Of a DNA stretch of 64,000 nucleotides, positions 58,649 to 64,000 are shown in pieces (the stretch's first letter is position 1; each line of letters begins with the position of its first letter). Both the position numbers and the translations under genes were made by a program. Under the pieces are notes generated by a model that saw nothing but the letters and a program-made list of their open reading frames with translations, had not been told where the DNA came from and did no database searches. The stretch comes from Pseudobacteriovorax sp. (GTDB lineage: Bacteria; Bdellovibrionota_B; Oligoflexia; Oligoflexales; Oligoflexaceae). The DNA is taken from assembly GCA_050293845.1 (NCBI GenBank), contig JBNKNM010000004.1, positions 18,578-82,577 of the forward strand. The letters are read 5' to 3'.

Positions 58649-59050
58649 TCAGCTACTTTGCTGAGCCAGTTTTTTGATTATACCACATTCCGTCGGAGGC
58701 CTGTTCCTTGAGCAGCTGCTATCTAGCGACCTTAGATAGCCTCGTAATTCCTTTAGCTCTTTTATTCGATGCTCTACTTCATCTATTCGGGACGCAATCA
58801 GTATACTGATTTCGTCACAATTGATATGCTGTTTAAAATTGAACAAAATTAGCTTTCGAATATCTCTCAGCGGCAAATGAATACTTCTGCAATTTTTAAT
58901 AAATTTTAGTCGGTCGATAGAACTTTTGTCATATACTCGAAAATTGCTTTCCGTTCGACCTAAAGGCTCAATTAACTTTTCTTTTTCGTAATAACGAATT
59001 GTTTGGATAGAGCAACCCGTAATTTTTGCCAGCTTTCCGATTTTCATCAC
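58649..59050 (-). CDS. CadR/PbrR-type MerR regulator
   Basis: KIGKLAKITGCSIQTIRYYEKE...RTESNFRVY...FIKNCR...C...C...ECGII. Confidence 0.9.
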   Translation of the reverse strand: MMKIGKLAKITGCSIQTIRYYEKEKLIEPLGRTESNFRVYDKSSIDRLKFIKNCRSIHLPLRDIRKLILFNFKQHINCDEISILIASRIDEVEHRIKELKELRGYLRSLDSSCSRNRPPTECGIIKKLAQQSS

Positions 59051-59066
59051 ACCACCTTTTGACCTA

Positions 59067-59097
59067 TTGACCCTATAGTTACTATAGATATTAGTCT
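59067..59097 (+). promoter_or_regulatory. CadR/PbrR-type promoter/operator
   Basis: TTGACC-19 bp-TAGTCT with dyad CTATAGT-T-ACTATAG (59073-59087). Confidence 0.85.
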
Positions 59098-59105
59098 ATT
59101 TAAGG

Positions 59106-60020
59106 GTGGAAAAAAAGGAGTCAAATATGGATGAATGCACTAACAGTCTATGTAAAGAAGGTTCCAAAGAAAGTAATACACTTAATGCAGATTCCGACGG
59201 AGGCTATCTAGCTGAGTTTGAAGTGGGAAAAATGGACTGCCCGTCTGAAGAGCGTTTAATACGAATGTCCCTTGATCAAATCAATCCAAAAGTTGCTTTT
59301 GAATTTGACATTCCTCGACGAAGAGTTTGCATATTTCATAAGGATAAAGATAATTTAGAAGAAATCATTGCTCTGCTGAAGTCTTTGAAGCTTGGGTCCA
59401 AATTTGTAAAATCGGAAAAGCTAAAAAACAAAGAATTTAATAATTTGACTGAGTCTATTCATCTTTCAAATGAGAAAGAGTCCAGCACGCTTAAGTGGTT
59501 ACTTGCCATTAATGGGGTAATGTTCGTATTCGAACTAGCATTTGGATATTTTTCTCAATCAACGGGGCTAATTGCAGACTCGTTAGATATGTTTGCTGAT
59601 GCTGGCGTCTATGGGTTAAGCCTATATGCAGTCGGAAAAAATCCTAAGATGAAAATTCGGGCAGCTCACTTTTCAGGTTGGTTACAAGTTTTTCTAGCTT
59701 TAGGAGCCCTATCTGAAGTCGGGCGAAGGTTTATAATGGGAAGCCAACCGGTTTCTGAAGTAATGATTGGAATGGGATTACTAGCCCTTGCAGCAAATAT
59801 CTCTTGCTTGTTGCTATTAGCTGGAAAAAGAAATAATGGCGCACACATGAAAGCCAGCTGGATATTTTCAGCTAATGATGTAATTGCAAATTCTGGCGTC
59901 ATTCTAGCTGGATTTCTGGTCTCATGGAGCGGTTCAAATTATCCAGACCTAATAATTGGCCTCATTATTGCTGTAATTGTACTGAATGGAGCGAGAAGAA
60001 TATTAAAACTTAGGTCATAG
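59106..60020 (+). CDS. Cation diffusion facilitator with N-terminal HMA-like domain
   Basis: KMDCPSEE; STGLIADSLDMFADA; HMKASWIFSANDVIAN. Confidence 0.9.
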   Translation: MEKKESNMDECTNSLCKEGSKESNTLNADSDGGYLAEFEVGKMDCPSEERLIRMSLDQINPKVAFEFDIPRRRVCIFHKDKDNLEEIIALLKSLKLGSKFVKSEKLKNKEFNNLTESIHLSNEKESSTLKWLLAINGVMFVFELAFGYFSQSTGLIADSLDMFADAGVYGLSLYAVGKNPKMKIRAAHFSGWLQVFLALGALSEVGRRFIMGSQPVSEVMIGMGLLALAANISCLLLLAGKRNNGAHMKASWIFSANDVIANSGVILAGFLVSWSGSNYPDLIIGLIIAVIVLNGARRILKLRS

Positions 60021-60049
60021 ATATTAATTGTAATTAGGTATTTTCAAAT

Positions 60050-60550
60050 ATGAATTTAAAAAATGACAGAAGGTTTCTGTATGTTTTGGTTTCAATAATT
60101 TTCTTTGGTATATTAATCGATCAAATATCGAAATTTTTTGCCTCTGAATATATGCAGGGATCTCCAGTGATCAAATGTTTTTGGGGGTTTATTCAAATAA
60201 TGTACGCAGAAAACACTGGAAGTTTCGGAAGTTTGGGATCAGATTGGCCAATCTTTGTTAAAATGATCTTACTAAAGGCTATTCCTATAATTATGATGGG
60301 GTATATATTACTTCAATTAGCAAAATACAAGTCAAAGTCAAAACCAGAGTTGATCGGGTTATCGCTAATCTTTTCTGGAGGCATTAGCAATATTGCAGAT
60401 CGAATTCTCTCTGACTTTGTTGTGGATTACTTATATATTGGGGTTGGCACTTTAGGAACACATGTATTTAATTTCGCGGATGTATTCATTATGATGGGAA
60501 TTGGGCTAATATTATATCAGTCATGCAGTATTGCAACAAAAAAACTTTAG
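60050..60550 (+). CDS. lspA: Lipoprotein signal peptidase II
   Basis: DQISK, ENTGSFG, GGISNIADR, VVDY, FNFADV. Confidence 0.9.
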   Translation: MNLKNDRRFLYVLVSIIFFGILIDQISKFFASEYMQGSPVIKCFWGFIQIMYAENTGSFGSLGSDWPIFVKMILLKAIPIIMMGYILLQLAKYKSKSKPELIGLSLIFSGGISNIADRILSDFVVDYLYIGVGTLGTHVFNFADVFIMMGIGLILYQSCSIATKKL

Positions 60551-60780
60551 CCATTAAAATAGAATACTACATTTAGTCAGTTGATTAAACTCTTAGTAAT
60601 TTTCGCATCATCAATCAATAGACTGCTGAAGATTGAGGTCATACTATATGTTTTCGTTGCATGAGATTTTTTAAGCTGAAGTATCTCCAACGTAGTTTAT
60701 TGTTATTCTAATACAATCTGCAATCGATAGCATTCCCAAAACGTTAAATTTATGGTTTCCTCTCACTGGGAGGAAAGTAC

Positions 60781-61230
60781 GTGGACTTCACAATCGAAGA
60801 CCTTCAAAGAGCCACAGGGTTCACATACCGGACAATTAAGAAGCGGCTAGGTAGACTGCAACCTGTTCACCAAGAAGGGTCTAAGATCTTCTATGAAGGC
60901 GTCCCTGCTCTAAAAGCGATATTCGAAGCTGAGTACGCCTCCAAGTCAAAGATATCCCTAGAAGAAGAGCGAGCAATCCTAACCGTTCTTCAACAAGGAA
61001 AACTCCAAAGAGAATTAGACGAAATCGACAAAAACACAGTCAACAGAGAAGAAATAAGCACCTACTTTTCCAGAATGCTAACTTCCTTCAAATCCAGATT
61101 AATGGCAATCCCCACCAAAGCTGGAGCCAGATTCAAAGGCTTTAATGACTCCGCCGACCTTGAGTACTTCCTAAATTCGATCATAAAAGAAACACTATTG
61201 GAGCTATCGAAACCCGATGAGAGCAGTTGA
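60781..61230 (+). CDS. Terminase small subunit (gpNu1-like)
   Basis: N-terminal HTH, LEEERA.L...Q, RLMAIP, LLELS; overlaps terL. Confidence 0.8.
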   Translation: MDFTIEDLQRATGFTYRTIKKRLGRLQPVHQEGSKIFYEGVPALKAIFEAEYASKSKISLEEERAILTVLQQGKLQRELDEIDKNTVNREEISTYFSRMLTSFKSRLMAIPTKAGARFKGFNDSADLEYFLNSIIKETLLELSKPDESS

Positions 61231-63040
61231 ATTTTTTAACGAGATCCGCAAAGTCTTAGCCCCACCACCGGATCTAACACTATCCGAGTGGGCTGATAAC
61301 TACCGCTATCTCTCTCCTGAATCATCATCCGAGCCTGGAAAATGGAAGACTTCAAACGCCCCATATCAAAAGGGAATGATGGATGTTCTCTCGGATCGCC
61401 GTATCCATACCATAGTAGACATAACATCCTCCCAGGTTGGCAAAACAGAAAAACACCTGAACACACTAGGCTACTTCATAGACTACGACCCTGCGCCAGT
61501 TCTTGTAGTACAACCTACAATCAAAATGGCCGAAGCATTCTCAAAAGATAGATTGGCCCCAATGATCCGAGATTCCCCTTCCCTAACCAAGAAAGTTTTC
61601 TCCGGTAAAAATGGCGACTCTACGATTTACCACAAGAAGTTTGTAGGCGGTCACGTAACCCTAGCCGGAGCCAATTCCCCCGCTTCCCTAGCCTCAAGGC
61701 CCATAAGAGTGCTTCTGTGCGATGAAATCGACCGCTGGCCAGCATCAGCAGGAACCGAAGGAGATCCGCTTAATCTGGCTAAAAAACGGACGACAACCTT
61801 TCATAACCGAAAGATCATTCTTAGCTCAACACCTGGAAACAAATACATACCAGGTGAAGGTGGATCTAGAATCGAGTTTGCATGGCTCCAGTCTGATCAG
61901 CGCCGATACTTTCTGCCTTGCCCAGAATGTGATCACAAGCAGCACCTAGTTTGGGAACAGGTGAAATGGGAGAAAGACGAGAAGGAAAATGACCTACCTG
62001 AATCCGCCTACTACGAATGTAAATCCTGCAAAGCTAAGGTCTACGAACACCACAAAATGGCCATGCTTAAAGCTGGTGACTGGATTGCTACAAGCACGAG
62101 TAAGGGAATAGCAGGATTCCATCTTAATGAGCTGTACTCACCATGGAAAACAATCGTTGAGGTAGTCGAAGAATACTTAGAAGCAAAAGACGACCTGGAG
62201 CTAATGAAGGTCTGGACAAATACCTCCCTTGGCCTTCCTTTTGAGAACAAAGCTGGAGATCAACCTGATTGGAAAAAGCTATACAACCGCAGGGAGGAAA
62301 GGGCCGAAGGGCTCATTCCCCCTGAAGTAGTCCTACTAACATGCGGAGTGGATGTGCAAAAAGACCGCCTCGAAGTGTCCATAATTGGATGGAACCGCAA
62401 AAAATCCTGGCTTATCGAGCACAAACGAATTCTAGGTGAAACCTCTTCCGATGAGGTTTGGGAGGATCTATCAGAACTACTCGACCAGGAGTATGATCAT
62501 CCGAGTGGTGAGAAGCTACCCATTCGGGTACTTGGTATCGACTCAGGATATCAGACAACGAGAGTTTACGAGTGGGTCCGCAAGAAAAGCAAAAGACGAG
62601 TCTTTGCACTAAAGGGCCGGGATCAGCTAGAAATGCCTGTTGCAGCTCCTACTAATATCGATGTGAATCTTCGAGGTAAGAAATCACGGATAGGGATGAG
62701 ACTTTGGAAAGTTGGAGTCTCGGTACTTAAATCAGAATTCTACGCAAGACTAAATCTTGAAAAACCCACTGATACCCAACTAATGGTTAAGGGCTATCCT
62801 AAATCCTGGATATCATTTCCCCAAATCGACGAAAAATATTTCAAACAGATTACCGCCGAAACCTGCGTCATGGAAAAGCTATCTTCTGGTCATGCTAAAT
62901 ATGTTTGGAAGAAAACCTACACGGAAAACCATGCCTTAGATTGTTTTGTCTATTCTATGGCTGTTTATTATGTACTTGGAGCCAATAAATGGACTCCAGA
63001 GAAGTGGGCAGAGCTAGAGACGTTTTATCAGTGTGATTAA
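61217..63040 (+). CDS. Terminase large subunit (lambda gpA family)
   Basis: PPPDLTLSEWAD, SSQVGKT, CDEID, SSTP, CPEC, GVDVQKDR, IDSG, NHALDC. Confidence 0.95.
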   Translation: MRAVEFFNEIRKVLAPPPDLTLSEWADNYRYLSPESSSEPGKWKTSNAPYQKGMMDVLSDRRIHTIVDITSSQVGKTEKHLNTLGYFIDYDPAPVLVVQPTIKMAEAFSKDRLAPMIRDSPSLTKKVFSGKNGDSTIYHKKFVGGHVTLAGANSPASLASRPIRVLLCDEIDRWPASAGTEGDPLNLAKKRTTTFHNRKIILSSTPGNKYIPGEGGSRIEFAWLQSDQRRYFLPCPECDHKQHLVWEQVKWEKDEKENDLPESAYYECKSCKAKVYEHHKMAMLKAGDWIATSTSKGIAGFHLNELYSPWKTIVEVVEEYLEAKDDLELMKVWTNTSLGLPFENKAGDQPDWKKLYNRREERAEGLIPPEVVLLTCGVDVQKDRLEVSIIGWNRKKSWLIEHKRILGETSSDEVWEDLSELLDQEYDHPSGEKLPIRVLGIDSGYQTTRVYEWVRKKSKRRVFALKGRDQLEMPVAAPTNIDVNLRGKKSRIGMRLWKVGVSVLKSEFYARLNLEKPTDTQLMVKGYPKSWISFPQIDEKYFKQITAETCVMEKLSSGHAKYVWKKTYTENHALDCFVYSMAVYYVLGANKWTPEKWAELETFYQCD

Positions 63041-63124
63041 CAAACATGCAATCGTTGGCTGGCATTTTACTGCAACCATGATCTATGCTCCCAGACAGGT
63101 AGAAACTATCTCTCAGGGCAGATC

Positions 63125-63322
63125 ATGTGGACGAGCGAAGACCTTTCAAAATTAGAATTAGCCATCTCATCGGGAACACTTCGAGTAAAGTTTGCTGATA
63201 AGGAAGTCACCTATCAGAACACTTCCGAGATGCTAAAGGCTCGTGAGGTTATGATCCGCGTACTCCGCTCTCCGACTCTCTCAACCAGAATTGTATCCAG
63301 CTATGATAAGGGGTTACATTGA
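63125..63322 (+). CDS. gpW-like head-tail joining protein
   Basis: WT..DL..LE.AISSG.LRV.F.DKEVTY. Confidence 0.85.
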   Translation: MWTSEDLSKLELAISSGTLRVKFADKEVTYQNTSEMLKAREVMIRVLRSPTLSTRIVSSYDKGLH

Positions 63323-64000
63323 ACGCCTTAGACTCAGCAATTGGATATGTAGCCCCTCAGTGGCAGGTAAAAAGGACTAAAGCACGACTTTCCATGAGAC
63401 TTATGAGTCGAGGATTTGAGGCGTCTAGTAAGGGAAAGCGCACAAAGGGCTGGCGCACAACATCGACATCATTAAATACTGATTTACAAAAAGAGCTTAA
63501 AACTGTAGTAGCCCGCTCCCGATATCTTTCTATAAATAACGCCTACGCGAAAAGAGGTGTCAACGCGATTCCCTCTCATGTAGTGCGAAAGGGCATAATC
63601 CCTAATATTTCTGGTGCTAATAAAAAGTTTGAAAAGCTATTTAAAAAATGGGCGAGATCTACAAAATGCGACTATGAAGGAAGACACAATCTTTATGGCC
63701 TCCAATGGTTAGCCATGAAAACCATAGCTGAATCTGGCGAAGTCTTGATCCGAAAAAGAATCTATAAGCTAGACTCCGGATTAATGATTCCCCTTAAACT
63801 TCAGGTCTTAGAACCCGATTTTCTAGACACCAATAAACCTGGAACCAAACAAGGCATAGAATTTAACGATGATGGCGAAAGGATCGCCTACTGGATTTTC
63901 ACTTCCCATCCAGGCGAAGCGGGAAATCGTCAACAATCTGTAAGAATTCCTGCAGATGAAATCATCCACGCTTTTGAAACCATCAGACCTGGGCAGCTTC
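63319..64000 (+). CDS. Lambda-family portal protein (3' truncated by window)
   Basis: TTG start overlapping the gpW stop; LDSAIGYVAP...ARSRYLSINNAYAK...ESGEVL...LQVLEPD...GIEFN..G.RIAYW...HPG. Confidence 0.9.
   Translation, partial: MNALDSAIGYVAPQWQVKRTKARLSMRLMSRGFEASSKGKRTKGWRTTSTSLNTDLQKELKTVVARSRYLSINNAYAKRGVNAIPSHVVRKGIIPNISGANKKFEKLFKKWARSTKCDYEGRHNLYGLQWLAMKTIAESGEVLIRKRIYKLDSGLMIPLKLQVLEPDFLDTNKPGTKQGIEFNDDGERIAYWIFTSHPGEAGNRQQSVRIPADEIIHAFETIRPGQL

Overview
The window looks like most of one temperate phage, or two tandem prophages, probably from a Gram-negative host (Bdellovibrionota/Oligoflexia-like is an inference). The order is: Mu-like contractile tail and baseplate genes plus a TIGR02594-type hydrolase (1-11.4 kb); a reverse-strand three-gene module with an HTH initiator-like gene and internal GTTTCAAC repeats (11.5-13.8 kb); a 3' tRNA-Met(CAT) fragment with an IHF site next to a tyrosine integrase and excisionase (attP-like, 14.4-15.9 kb); early genes for recombination, replication, antirepression and methylation (16-32 kb), interrupted by a complete RmInt1-like group II intron (28908-30773); about 28 kb of heavy-metal resistance cargo (CsoR-CopA, ECF-CusCBA, merRTP without merA, HupE, czcCBA-like, CadR-CDF-lspA; 32-60.6 kb); and a lambda-like packaging/head module (terS, gpA-type terL, gpW, portal). 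The main non-obvious signals are: a C5 methyltransferase split across two overlapping frames; a -1 frameshift in the tail chaperone; a duplicated ~60-bp TGTAAACA box upstream of an RHH/coiled-coil gene, which the intron EBS1 matches and into which the intron is inserted; three copies of a GTCACA-N15-TCGTA ECF promoter; a 19-bp exact direct repeat; and two His/Cys-rich leader ORFs ending in RPPI. All family assignments come from motif recognition by eye; no database search was run.
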